A stretch of 64,000 nucleotides of DNA, from the NCBI GenBank assembly GCA_964016885.1, contig OZ024740.1, forward strand, positions 288,238,001 to 288,302,000, read 5' to 3'. The DNA comes from Eledone cirrhosa. Its lineage: Eukaryota. Made by a program: the position numbers and the translations under genes. Positions 41,330-56,085 of the stretch are shown here, piece by piece. The notes below the pieces were generated by a model that saw only the letters and a program-made list of their open reading frames with translations, was not told where the DNA came from and did not search any database. The first letter of the stretch is position 1. Each line of letters starts with the position of its first letter.

Positions 41330-44010
41330 AGTCTTGAGTGGAGATTTAGGACAAGGAAAACCCACCATGAACTGATTCAAATCATACATGGTGTTAAATT
41401 CAGGAAGGATCCATACAGGGGACAGGGTCACTTGAGAAATCTAAGGGACAAGATTAAGGAACTTCAAAAGACTAAGAAAATTCTGGTCCACTCTGACAAA
41501 ACTAATAATACGAATTAGATAAGGAAGAATACAATAAACTAATAATCAGAAAACTAAGAAAAAAACTATCGTAAAACGACCTCCGAAAACCTCGAATCAA
41601 TAATTAAGGACGCAAATGAAATAGTCACTAAACTAGGGATCGAACACCGTACGGAACCTTACACACCTAGAACACCGAGGATTAATATTAAAGACCATAA
41701 AATTGCATAAGACCATCATTTTACATCAGATCTACCGGTTAGACTTATAGCACCATCTAAATCCGACTTAGGAATCATAAGTGAGAGCATACTAGACAGG
41801 ATCATACCACCATTGAAGCTGAGGACCCAACTAAAACTATGGAATGGAACCAAAGAGGTTATTGAGTGGTTCACAGAACTAGAGAACAAAAATAAGACTA
41901 TATTTATACTAATGGACATAGCTAGCTACTACTCATCAATTTCACCAATACTACTCAATAAGGCCCTGATATACGCAATGAAATATACGGATCTTACTCG
42001 TGAGGAAGTCAACATTATTCTAACAGCCAGAAAAACTATAATAAAATTCAGCGAGGAATTATGAAGACGCGCGGATAGACCAGAAAAATTTGACATCACT
42101 ATGGGACTCTGCTCAGGTTACGGACCTTGTGGGAGTTTATATCCTTACACTTAATCAAAAGAAGGATTCCGGAACTAGGCGGAAGTTTGTACCACGATGA
42201 TGCTCTTTTCGCGTTAGTTAATCGTAGTAACAGTGCCCTAAATACGAAAAAGCAAATAATAATAGACTTCTTTAGCAATTACGGTCTTAAACTAGAAATA
42301 GGAAATAACAGTAGAATAGCCAACTTGCTCGACATAACACTAAACCTTAATTCTGGCTTATACTACCCATACCATAAATTAAACGAAAACCTCAATTATG
42401 TTAGCTACTTCTCAAACTAGAAATGTTAAAAAGGCCATAGTCAAAAGTGTAGAGCAGAGTCTCCAGACTCTCAGCTAATAGGGAAATATTCGATGGCAAG
42501 GCCAGTTACTACAATAATGCATTAGCTAGAGCCGGTTACCAGGACAAAATTGAATACATACAAATTGATGGAAGCAATTACACACCCACACATAGACCCA
42601 AACAAACCAATGGCATAAACACTAACCGACACACAATTAATGGTAATAATAATAATAGGGGTACTCGAATTCAAAGCAATAGAGACAGGATAAACCCGGC
42701 TCCAAATAAATATAATTGAACCATAAAATTAAATAAGAGGGTGAGATCCCGCTCCGTTCTGTGGTACAATCCACCCCACTCCTTAGGAATACAAAAAACA
42801 TAGCTAGACTTTTCTTTAACGCTTTAGATATGTTTTCCAAAATCACACAAATACAGTCAAATCTTTAATCAACACACAATTAAACTTTCTTATTCAACAA
42901 CCAAAAACATAACCCAAAATATAGCGAAGATTAATAGTAGAAATCTGGGAATTAAACATAAAGAGATAACACATAATGGCAAGCATAAAAAACACTGATA
43001 GATTAAACAGCAACACAATCAACAGACATAATACCATAAACACAAATGAGACAAACCAATGGACACACAGACACAGAGAAGGAACAATGAACAGCAACGA
43101 AAATAATTGCAATAGTAGGGACCATAACAGATCTCCGATACAAAATAAATGTTTAGATAAAAATATTGTCTATGAATGTAGAGTAACAACAAGTAGTGAG
43201 ACTTAGAGATATATTGGTGCAACCTTTACTAGATTTAAGGTAAATGGTACAGCCATCGCCACTCCTTTAAAAGAGTTGATAAAAAGGTCTAGCACAGCCC
43301 TGTCGAAACTGATTTGGTCGCTAAAAATTAACCAAGTACAATACTCCCATTTTTGGTCAAAACTTTCACATGTTTTTCTTATATAAATGGATCTATATCT
43401 TCTTGGTGTGACCTCTGTACTGCAGAGACTTTGCACATCATAAATAGTAAGCATAAAATTATCAATAAAAGCTCTGACATATTCAATACTTGTTTACACA
43501 AAATGTAAAAGACATTCCGCAGAATATATAGTTCCGTAAGTAATATAAAATAGACCAACAACTAATTAATAAACCATTCATAAATATAACATTATAACAT
43601 CGCCATCAAAGTATCAATATTTAAAATTAAAATTAAAATTCAAGTAAGTAAAATCTAGTCCGGAAATATAAAATAAATAAATTAACAGTACTTCCATGCC
43701 ATACTATGAACCAAGCGACAAATCTGGTAACCTGATATCTCAGCCAGCTTACAATCACCAATGCCAGCAACAATACGATCTCCCACCCATAAGAGAACTG
43801 CTACAAGGGAAATCTGGCCATATGTGTACTGGTCGGCGAGGTGAATAACACATACGACTGGTAGCATATCAATGGAAAATTACATCTTGTTTGTATGTTT
43901 GTCTGAAGAGAACGTGTAAGGGGGTTCTTATATAACTACCTTACATCTTCGAAATACGTATAACGAATAAATTTAAAATGTACGGATAAAATTTAATTTT
44001 AATTTTATAT
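41330..44010 (+). mobile_element. Decayed Penelope-like element (tentatively Nematis-like) with HHR tail
   Basis: ILVHSDKTNN, RLIAPSKSDLG, MDIASYYSSI, LYHDDAL, LDITLNL, WYNPP, CLDKNIVYECRV, YIG. HHR CTGAAGA 43903, GAAA 43951, TACGTA, TA. Confidence 0.85.
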
Positions 44011-44035
44011 ATATGTATATATAATAACAGAGACG

Positions 44036-44255
44036 ATTTTATCCGTACATTTTAAATTTATTCGTTATACGTATTTCGAAGATGTAAGGTAGTTATATAA
44101 GAACCCCCTTACACGTTCTCTTCAGACAAACATACAAACAAGATGTAATTTTCCATTGATATGCTACCAGTCGGATGTGTTATTCACCTCGCCGACCAGT
44201 ACACATATGGCCAGATTTCTCTTGTAGCAGTTCTATTATGGCTGGGAGATCGTAT
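44036..44255 (-). mobile_element. Inverted copy of the preceding PLE's HHR tail (tail-to-tail)
   Basis: Reverse complement of 43773-43992 with a few differences. Confidence 0.85.
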
Positions 44256-44464
44256 ATATATATATATATATATATGAAAATATTCAGGACCTCGACGGCT
44301 GAGCCCCGGCGGTTTCGACAGCTAGATCCGAACTTTCTTGAAGAAGGACTTCTATCCGAAATATCGAAACCTCCTCCACTTCCACCAAGCGTAAACCTAA
44401 TAATACTGTGTAAATATTGCCTCCTGTATTTTGTTGGTTCATTTTTCAACTAATATATATATAT

Positions 44465-44935
44465 ATATAAGAAATTAAGTCCATAGAATCATTTGATAAA
44501 ATATATACAGTATTTCTCTTCCCAATCAGCATAATTAACCACACAAAAAATCTATTAAACGTTTATGTGGTATGTTTATGTACATTCTTTTCTCCTAACT
44601 TTGATTTTGTACCTAATTGTGTATGGTTAGCTATGTGTCTAGTCAATTTCTACGGGCTATTAGAAATACTACGTAAATCTTCTGTGGCTGTTGATCTCGG
44701 ATAAATTAGCTATCATTTATTTATCTACTGTTTCTTCATAGGTACATTTTAAACTTATAGCCTCGTTTAATTGATTTTTTGTGTGATTAATTATGCTGAC
44801 TGGGAGGAGAAATACTGTATATATTTTATCAAATGATTCTATGGACTTACTTTCTTATATATTGCTCTGATTGTTGATTATTTTATTAATTAATTCGTCA
44901 TTGTGCCACACCGTGAATGGTTGCTAATAACACAT
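44465..44935. repeat. ~97-bp imperfect inverted arms around a 200-bp spacer, plus tail
   Basis: Arms 44465-44561 and 44764-44860. TA-flanked. Confidence 0.75.
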
Positions 44936-44981
44936 ATATATATCTATGGCTCTGTCTAGTTTATGTATATGTAAACAGATA

Positions 44982-45031
<50 letters not shown>

Positions 45032-45129
45032 AGAGATGTCAACATGAATGGACCTGTTATTTTTATCTAAAGACATTTTCTCCAATTCCATCCCGCCCGT
45101 CCCCGCAATCTATCTTATTTCTTATTCTT

Positions 45130-45166
45130 TTTTCTGATGAAGGACTAGCGTCCGAAACGTTAAGGC
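45130..45166 (+). ncRNA. Minimal HHR motif; related motifs at 45611(+) and 46135-46162(-)
   Basis: CTGATGA-a-ggac-tagc-gtcc-GAAA-cg. At 45611: CTGAGGA-a-gggc-ttat-gccc-GAAA-cgtc. Confidence 0.6.
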
Positions 45167-45249
45167 CCTCTTCCTGCTATATCAAGCGTTAACCTAATAT
45201 ATCCCTTCCATATACTGTACCGATTGTGTTGTTATTTCTGTTTACCTTT

Positions 45250-45291
<42 letters not shown>

Positions 45292-45728
45292 CTTACTTTC
45301 ACATACACACACGTACACCTACACACACCACCTTCAGCCCTCCCCGTCGGACACCCCGTCTCCCTCTCCCCACTCCACCCACCACCACCCCTACACACCC
45401 CACACCCTTCCACCACCTGTTTTACCCCCTTTTTAATTTCAGTTTATTTTGATCATGCTTTTATATTTATTTTTATTTCATTCCTTGTATTTTGATCATG
45501 CTTTATTTTTATTTTTATTTTTCATTTCATTCGCACCGTTTCCTTTCGCTATATGTCTCTCCACCACTCCCCTACACACCCTTTGAACTCTGTTCCCACA
45601 CACTTCTCACCTGAGGAAGGGCTTATGCCCGAAACGTCGTTCCCCACCACCACCCCACTCTCCAGAGCGTGAAATTAATAAACATTCGTTGTACTGCCTC
45701 TCTGTTTTGTTCCTGTTCAAATTTTTCC

Positions 45729-45818
<90 letters not shown>

Positions 45819-45978
45819 TATATATATATATATATATATATAGATATATATATGAATTAAGTGACAAAGGCGCTGTGGTTACTAATAAATATTGTTTCGA
45901 AAATGTACGAGAAACTCAAACATAAGGACAATTCCCGCTCTTCGGCTGTCTCCTGTGGGTCGGTGATGTTTCGACGCA

Positions 45979-46011
<33 letters not shown>

Positions 46012-46287
46012 TGTATGTGTGTGTGTGCCTGCGTGTGCGCGCGCGCAAAATTAAACAGAAGTAACAAAGCAAACGACACAGTACAATGAAGAAATATATC
46101 AGATTAGCGCTTGATATAGTAGGAAAAATGTATTAATGTTTCGGGCACTAGTCCTTCATCGGCAAATAGAATGAGAAATAAAAGATGAAATAGAGAGATG
46201 GAGAGTGAGAAGAGGAAGAAATGGAAAAAGGTTTTGAGAAAAAACACATGTATATTCAGTCAGCCATTTTGGAGAAATATACATATG

Positions 46288-46369
<82 letters not shown>

Positions 46370-47815
46370 AGATTGTTCAGAGATGAATGTTTAGCAGTTT
46401 CCTAGAACATCAATGACCACAACATGGATAAATTTAGAAAACATTGTATGGTCATATTTAAGGAACACTATTTGAATATTGCTATTAGCATCAATTTGAA
46501 AATAGTTAAACTTTTAGACACTAAATCATATTACAAGTAAACATCACCTCTACAAACAACCAAATACAGAAATTATATAAATACACAAAAATACACACTC
46601 GGCCATCACTAAAAATCTTGTTTAAGTAGAAGAATTTTCAGCCTATCATTTGACAAGTATTTTCAACCATACAACCAACTATTATACCTAATCATTAACA
46701 ATGTGGTTTGGGTGAGAAGATAAGAGCATCCTCTACAACAGTAGAATCAAGAAGAGAAACATAATTTCGTTCCATCTACTCTACAACATGAACATAACTT
46801 CTAGTATAGCTAGACATTTCTTGTCTCTGTTATCATTTCCCGAACACACAAAAACAGTACCATCTCTTTAACTGGAATAACTTTAACGAAAGCTATATTT
46901 ACCTGAGAAGCAGGTAAATATAGCTACGTTACATGTGGAGCTCCTATTCACCACAATTCCCGTCTTACATCTGCAGAGCTACCCACAATTGCCCGTTTAA
47001 AAGATCTTGCCTTTCAAAGGCAGAAGCATATAGAGCAAATATAACATTTACCAAAGCCATTGAAAAGAATACAATGAGGCTTACGGAGAATAACTTTTAG
47101 ATTAGAAACAGCTAGTGTGTACATTAATTTAGGCAAATATCACGTCTCTATCTCATCAATATTCCAAGAAATCAAGGAACAACAAAATCGAAAACATTAT
47201 TGCAGCCTAGAATATCGTAACTATAGCACCCTCGCACATTAACAGAGCAAGAATATGCCTTTTGTGTTTATTAAATTCTATATTCTAACACAACAGCCCA
47301 AACCATTATATAGGAAATACTAAATGTTGTCCTTTTGTCGTCACAGATTAAAATTCCTATCAAAATATTTCCAGCAATAAGCATAGTATCATCCGTTGTC
47401 AGAGGTCATTCGGCCACAATATCCCCAATCCTTTATAGTAGTAATCATTCACCATCACACAAGAATTTATAGCATGCTAAACTATGTTGCAATCTATCAA
47501 CTAATCGCTATTGATAATTGAAAATATATCTAATCAGTATTTTCCATTAACTCATATCAAGTCCCTCCACTCATCTTTTTGTTCCCTGAATGATCGCCTA
47601 TGACAAGAAACTCTGAGCGACGGAGTGAATCCTCAGCTTTGTCAAGTTACCCAAATGTGCGCGCGCACGTATAATATACATAGTCATGGACTAACAAATT
47701 GTATTTGAAAGAATACACATGATGTCGACTGATTAAATCTAATTGCTTCATTAGTCACTGGTTGGTGTGCTGCGTACACAACCCTGATTAGTCAACATTT
47801 TAAACATAAGTATAT

Positions 47816-48299
47816 ATAGAATTAGAATGTAGCTTCGAACATAGCTGTATATGCATCGGAATTTCGTATTTCTAAAGAAATACAGTATATTTATAAATAA
47901 ACATTTAGAAAGCCGCAGCTATGCAAAAACACCAGCTGCCATCGCCTCCTGGCTGTGTCCTGCAAAAGCAAGGGGGGACAATCATCGATGCATTTCGAAC
48001 TCAACTGGTTCTCATCAGGACGATCCCTCGCACGCTTGCAACTGCTGGACTTTGAAAACAGGCGAGAATATATAGTTTTCTCGTCTGTGTAAATGAGGTG
48101 ATTAATCTCATTTGCATATGAAGCTGTATAATTTGGTTCAACTTATAATAGAATAGAATTGGAATGTAGCTTCAAGCACAGCTGTATACAGATATGTATT
48201 GGAATTTTGTATTTCTAAAGAAATCCGGTATGATGAAATTCCAATACATATCTGTATAGAGCTATGCTCGAAGCTACATTCTAATTCTATTCTATTATA
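47816..48299 (-). mobile_element. Retrozyme-like HHR monomer family B (337-nt period, terminal redundancy, 5' inverted arm)
   Basis: Direct repeat starting at 47816 and 48153. Inverted arms 48144-48207 and 48236-48299. Minus-strand HHR CTGATGA(48018)-gaac..gttc-GAAA-TGCA-TC. Confidence 0.7.
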
Positions 48300-48750
48300 C
48301 TCATCTCACACTATCCCGCGAAGAGGCTGGCATATGCACGACATTCTCAAACATAGATAACAACATAAGATTCCCCCTGATAAAAATGGTTCCCTGTTCC
48401 TGCTGGACTTCCAACTTAGAATAACAAAAGGCGATATATACACCAACTTCTATGGGGAATTCGCGAGCAGAAACCTGTATGTGCATTATAGGTGAGCCCT
48501 CCCCACTTGTACTAAAACCGGATACAAGAAATGAACTTACGCATACCCGGAGTAAATGCAACAAGACGGAGGAGCATATCACTCACACAGCATACTTCAT
48601 GGTTGTAATGAAGACGAACGGATACTTAACATCCACGGAGAATCGTCTCAGGCATAAAACCCCCTCCAACACTTGCTTCATGAAATTACCACACTTCAGC
48701 GAAAGCATAACCACAGTAATCTACAGAACCATCAACCACAGCCTATAATG
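48300..48750 (+). mobile_element. PLE RT-thumb remnant (different family)
   Basis: PDKNGSL..LLDFQL..YTNFY and LPHFSE-like peptides, frameshifted. Confidence 0.4.
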
Positions 48751-48759
48751 CATATAACA

Positions 48760-50660
48760 TCCGCATATCATCGGGAATTATAAAAAGTTTAACCAAATAT
48801 AAATTCTAAGAATACACACAATATCAAATGTTGGAAAATAAAAAGAATTAAGACAAAATAATCCCAGATTTGAACAAAAACTTGGCTTAAAACTATTGAA
48901 CAATACTGATAAAGATTGGGTTGATTCACTAAACTTCAAAATAAAAATAAATTAAACTTTATACAGTTACATATAGATACTAACAGCTACGAATACCATA
49001 ATTGAGTTTGATGTTTGCCTTGAACCCGAAAGAACCGCCCTAATAATTTCGACATTATTATGGATTCAAGTGATTCTTCTCAAGTCACTGATTTAGTAAA
49101 TAAACTAAAAGACATTTTTCCATCCTTCGAAGGGAGCTTATATCGTGATAATGCACTCTTCGCTATTAACAGAAATAGTTGAAACCTTGAGCTTAAATGA
49201 AAAGCGTCTGCATAGATTCTTTAAGGATTATAACCTAACAATAACTATAGACACTAACAATAAAGTTGTGAACTTTCTTGGTGTAAATTTAAACCTTCAG
49301 TCCGGTCTGTACAAGCCTATTCATAAACCGGGCGAACATCTAGTCTACGTTAATTATCAATCCAACCATCCAAGTTCTATTCAAAACTCTATTGTTAATA
49401 ATGTATCTAACCGCATCTCTAGACTTTCCTCTAACCAAGCTGGCTTTGATCAGAGCACTCAATATTATAATGAAGCACTACAAAGGTCTGGTTATAATGA
49501 TAAAATCGTGTATCTAGATAACCCTCAGGAAATCTGCAAAAACTATAACACCATTATCTCGTATAATATGACTCTACTTAGACCCAATTTGAACAATAAA
49601 TGCACTAAAACTGAACAATCGTTCGCTTCTCTATAAGAGTAAAAAAATAATTAGTAATTGTAGTGATAATCACATACTCAGTGAAATTAGATGTAATACA
49701 CCACACACAAATTACAGGAACAAAAAGCATAAAGCAAATAATATTAACAGTACAAACTGTAACGATGTTGAGCACACAAATTACGAAAACAATAGGCGTG
49801 AAAGTAATAAATACAGTAATAGAGCAAACACCCAGTCAGTTTGACTGCAATCATAAATCTAAGGTTTTTTGCAGATAGATAACAATAGGCTTAAGCATAG
49901 CACTTTTAACGATAACCAGTTTGGACTTAAACCATGTTACCCACTACCGGCAATCTGAAAATCAACTTGCAGGAAATATCCTACATAGTTTAACCTACCA
50001 TTTAATAAACACGTAGCCCGTAATTTTTTAAAAATATCCTAATGAAAACTTCCCTCCAACCCACCGTTATTATACAATAGTTAATAAGAATACTGTAAAA
50101 ATATCTTACTTTACTACACCTAGTATAGCCAATTATTTAATGTCTAGAAATAATATGAAAATAAACAAATATAATAATATATCAAAAGGTAGTGCTAACC
50201 TTGGTAATCTAGAAGTAGGGTATAGCCCCAATAGCAATAATCGTAACTTCCACACAACGTTCCATTGTCAAGATTCCAATCTTAATAGCAACCTGATGTC
50301 CAATAGAAACTGTAACTGTAGAAACCCTTCTACCTGCTCCCTTAACGGTAATTGTCTAACTGAAAATTTAGTTTACCAATGCACTATATCCAAGCATACT
50401 AATAACAAAGTATATATATAGGGGCTACCTATATATGCATCATGGCTCTTTTACGTAGAAAAAACTAAGTAGCTCAACATCATTAGCTCGATATTTATGG
50501 GACCTGAAAGAGACCAATTGAGAATATCCATTAACTGGAAAATCCTGAAGATCGTCCACTCGTACCAGTCTGGAAACCAAACCGAGGGTGTAATTTGTGC
50601 CTCATGAAATGCCTCTATAATTACCAGAAATAATAATAGCATTATTAATAAGTGTTTTTA
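48760..50660 (+). mobile_element. Decayed Penelope-like element (same group as 41.3 kb)
   Basis: VNFLGVNLNLQSGLYKPIHKPGEHLVYVNYQSNHPSS; CNCRNPSTCSLNGNCLTENLVYQC...VYIG. Confidence 0.8.
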
Positions 50661-51369
50661 CTTTTAGCACAATGCCTGCAATTATCCAGTGCATTACTGG
50701 TACTTTATTTTATCGACCCCGTAAGGATGGAAGGCAAAGTTGACCTCGACGGGATTTGAACTCAAACCGTAAAGGGACGTAACTATGCTGGAAAGCATGG
50801 CGTCCGACCCTCTACTGATACTGCCAAGTATTATTAATAATTGTTTCTACTTTAGGCACAAGGCCAGCAATTATCCCAGTGTATTACTGGTACTTTATTT
50901 TATCGACCCCGTAAGGATGAAAGGCAAAGTTAACCTCGGCGGGATTTGAACTCAGACCACAAAGGGCCGTAACTCTATGCTGCAAAGCATGGCGTCCGAC
51001 CCTCTACCGATACTGCCAATCGATGATATATAACTTTATCCCTTTTTATAATTCCCGATGATGCATTATGTTTTGTGTAAATAATTTGTTAATTAACTGT
51101 TTCTGATTAACTTATTTCTTATATATTCATGTACCATTATCACCTGTATAGAAACGTACCTAGAAATTAAAAAGTGGATTTAAGTTGTTAACCTTGGTTT
51201 TTCTTCATTTTAAATATTTATGCTCTGCTACCTGTGTTGTCCTCAACAACAAGAATTTTAATCGAAGAGTATTTCGTTGTTTTGAATTCCTAATGTGCTG
51301 AGGATTGTTAGTGTGCAATGAGCTTCTTTCCCCTTACCAAAAGTGACAAATCACAGAGACAATAAACAT

Positions 51370-51900
51370 AAAAGAATTACAACCAAAATTAAATAGAAAA
51401 TATGAGTGGAACAGCAACATCACAACTTACAATTAAGGACAAAATGAAAACACACACACACATAGAACAAACAACCAACCAGTAACATGTAAATAAACAA
51501 ATAAATAAATGAATATAAACACACACAGACACCCGGATGTGGCGCATGCGCAGACTGAGCACACAACACACACACAGAAACAAAATGGCGTAGGACAGAA
51601 CAAAGGAGAGGCACAAAAACAAAGAAAGGAATCTCCAGTCACTGAAGAGGTCACAGAGTGTGTGACGAAAGAACTATGACAATATATAAACAACTATCTG
51701 GTTGTGGAACCAACCAACCAACCAGAAATTTATAAATTTATAAATTTATTATGAATTTATTATAATAAATTAAAGTGAAGGCAACTGGTGCGTGTGTTTC
51801 TTATTGGCAACATGACCCTCCCAATGTATAACAATATCGGTTTCAACACACGATTTCAGATAAAGAATCTTGCTAAACAAATTCAGAAACGAAATATATA
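51370..51900 (+). mobile_element. Solo PLE 3' tail with HHR; relatives at 58765-59230 and 6300-6854
   Basis: gtca-CTGAAGA(51642)-gtcaca/tgtgac-GAAA(51667)..tgac. At 59009 the core is CTGAGGA with the same helices. Shared atgaccctccc...acacacg(a/t)tttca tail. Confidence 0.75.
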
Positions 51901-51907
51901 TATATAT

Positions 51908-52963
<1,056 letters not shown>

Positions 52964-53575
52964 TGTGTGTATGTAAGTATGTATATGTATGTATCTATGT
53001 ATGTATATCAAATTATAAAATAAGAGGAAATAATAGACACAGATATATACCTATTTTTTCTTCAACGTCCCGACCGTACAGTTTCGCTGATCCGTATGCA
53101 ACAATTGTACATTATAAAAATGCATCATCGTTGGGAGGCCAATCAGCTTGTCAAGGAACACCTCAGAGAAAAGGACTGTTCTCCAGGCGTGTTTGCAGCA
53201 AGTGAGAAAATCTCAATAGGCGGAGGGAGGAATTAATACATGACACAGAGGTCACATGTGGGTGGTAAGGTGGACAGAAAGTGATTATTGTGTTTGCTAG
53301 AGAAAGCAGTTACTACACTTTCGGGTTAATTCAACCATAAGGGAGTTTGAGACAATATAAAAATGAGATACACACATATACATGTATATATATATATTTT
53401 TGTTCACATGTATACGAGTGTATGTGGTGTCAACCTTAACTAATGACGCTCGATGATAGAAAGAGCCAAAATAATCAAAATAATTAAATTGACTTGGTAG
53501 TCAGAGCTATATATCAAATTATAAAATAAGAGGAAATAGTAGACACAGATATGTACCTATTTTTTCTTCTTTAAC

Positions 53576-56085
53576 CTACAAGCTTATAAACAGAGAAGGC
53601 CCAATCACTCGGGCCATTTTTGCCACATTCACCCACCTTTCAGTAAATTTACTGGGGAGCAGTGCCTCTCTCCCCACTCTCCTTCTGATTCTCCTTCTAA
53701 AGTGATACTTAAAGAAGGGAATCAATTGTTGTCCGGAGAGAAAGGCATCTGTCCTCAGTCCTCTCAATCTCGTCCACCATATAACCTCTTTCACCATAGC
53801 CACTGTACAGAAGAAAACCGCCTCTCTTTCGTTTTTGAAAGAGGATGGTGGTTTGATCTTTACTATGGACTCGGCAGTCAACTGGATTTGCCCCATACGC
53901 GACAGCAGTTGTTCTGCATAGTTCCACAGGTCGGTTACGCCCGGGCAGTGTACACTTGCGTTCAGAACGGTTTCAATGTCCTGTGCGCATCTTGGACACG
54001 TCCTCTTGGAAGGATCCGTGCCGAGGCGTCCGTGCCCGTATATGTTGTCACGAACTGGTAGAGCTCCTCGGTAGCACTGCCAGGCCAGGGACCTCTGGAA
54101 GTTGTCCATAGGTCCCGGGCGGAAAGTCCTACCAAACAGACTGGTGAACTCATCGTCTTCGACGCCCAGAGTCTCTCCGAGCACGTTGTCGCTCTTGTAA
54201 CGTACAATCCCTCTATAGAATGTCGAAGTGGAGTCTCCACTGATTGCTGTGCCCGCTTGCCAGAGGACTGTGAGCGCCTGAGCGCATTCAATGTGCCAGG
54301 CACCCATCATTTTCGGTCTTTTCTTGACCCAGGACTGCAGCTCCGTCAGCGAGACGAGCTGCGGGAAAGCCTGTCTCACAAACCGTGCCCACACCGGTTG
54401 GGGGTCGGTGAGGAATACCTGGAGATGGTGCAGCCTCAGTGCATGTTTGCGCATCATCAGTCACGGCATTTCTAGCCCTCCGTTGGAAGGGTTCTAACAG
54501 CAGACGGATATCCTCACCAGCGGTGCCTGCTTCTTCCACAGAAACTAGAAAAGCATGCGTTCCCTCTTGGCGAGATGTTCTGGGGACAAGGCACGACAGT
54601 CAAGCGGTAGTAGATGACGGACGCTATGAAAGTGTTCACCACCTCCGCTCGACCTTTCAAGGACAGTTTGCACTCTGCCCACTTCAGGGTGAGCGCAAAC
54701 ACCTTGGCCGTGACCTCGTTCCAGTTTTTCTCTACCTGGAGGTCTGGACTGAACCAGACTCCGAGCAATTTCACCGGTCCGTCCGTCCAGCGTCCAACGA
54801 CACTGTCGCACGTCATCGGTTTGCCTCTCCACGTACCGAGTTGCAAACCGACAAACTTGTCCGGGTTTAGTTTTGCTTTCGTCAGCGTTTCGTATTCTTT
54901 CAGTAAGTTGCCGATCACCCCATTTCCGAGCTGCTCGACGCCATAACCGTCACGTCGTCGGCATTAGCCGACGCCGTTTTGCGCAGTCCCGCTTCTAGAG
55001 GGATGCCCTGCAACAGCTCCAATTTCCGCAGTAGTGGGTCTAGAGTCAATACATACAGAATGGAGGAGAGAGGCACTCCTGTCGAATGGAATGCGTGATT
55101 GCGAACGGCTCCAATAGGTAGCCGTTCACCTTGACCCTCGAGCAGATGCTTGTGTGCATCGCCTCGATCCAGCCTCTGAGCACGGGACCGAAACCGGCCG
55201 CCTTGAGAACCGCTTCCAAGTATCGATGGTCGACCCTATCGAATGCCTTAGACTGATCCAAATTGATCAGAGCCCCACTGAAGCCGGGTTTACTACCCAC
55301 CCTCTCTATGATGTATCGCATGAGGTGGAGGTTGTCGTGTATGGACCTGGTCGGGATTGCACACGTTTGCGCTTTCCCTACCAGGTTCTCGACGACAAGC
55401 GCCAACCTCGTCGCTAGCACCTTGGCCAAAATCTTTAACTCTGTGTTGAGCAGAGTTATGGGCCTGAAGTTGTTAATTTCGCCCCCCTTGTTCTCGTCTT
55501 TCCTGATCAGCGTTACTACGCCCTTGCCTGCAGAACTGGGAATTCTTCCGTTCTGCTACCAATTGCAGTAGACGGCTTCGAGGGCACCAGAGTCCGGTAT
55601 GCCTATGTAAAACTCATAGGGTAGACCATCTAAACCTGGTGACTTTAGTTTCCCGCAGCAGCCCAGAGAGTCCCGTATCTCAGTGTCCCTGATCGGTCTT
55701 TCGCAGAACTCGGCGTCCGTGTTCGAGAGACGCGGCAGGCCGTCGAGGTATGAACTAAAGTCCATTACCCCGTTTGGCTCACCGTCGTTCTGCTCAAACA
55801 GTCGCGCAAAGTGCTGCTGAAAGGCCGTGTACATTTGCTTGGGGTCAAGTAGCACGCGTCCGTTTTGGTCTTTCAAAGACCGATCGTGGACTTGTTGCCA
55901 CTTTTCGCCTCCGCCACTCGGGCCCAGCTGACAGCTTTCGCTCCTTCGTTTCCTAGAGCAAGTGTTTCGCTTCTGACCACGCAGCCTTCGTGTTTCGCAT
56001 CGAAGAACTGGTCCAGTGCCGTTCTCGACGCTAACACTCTAGTCGCGTTGCCACTTCTAACTGCCTCCTCTACTTTGGCTACTTT
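53576..56085 (-). mobile_element. Tx1/L1-type LINE ORF2, 3' portion (RT + C-terminal Cys domain), frameshifted
   Basis: KSPGLDGLPYEFY, NFRPITLLNTELKILAK, LDQSKAFDRVDH, IRQECLSP, ANADDV, VKLLGVWF, CPRCAQDIETVLNASVHC. Confidence 0.9.

Noticed and set aside
46600-47370. Further PLE GIY-YIG remnant
   Set aside because: Only faint motif traces; too decayed to support as a feature.
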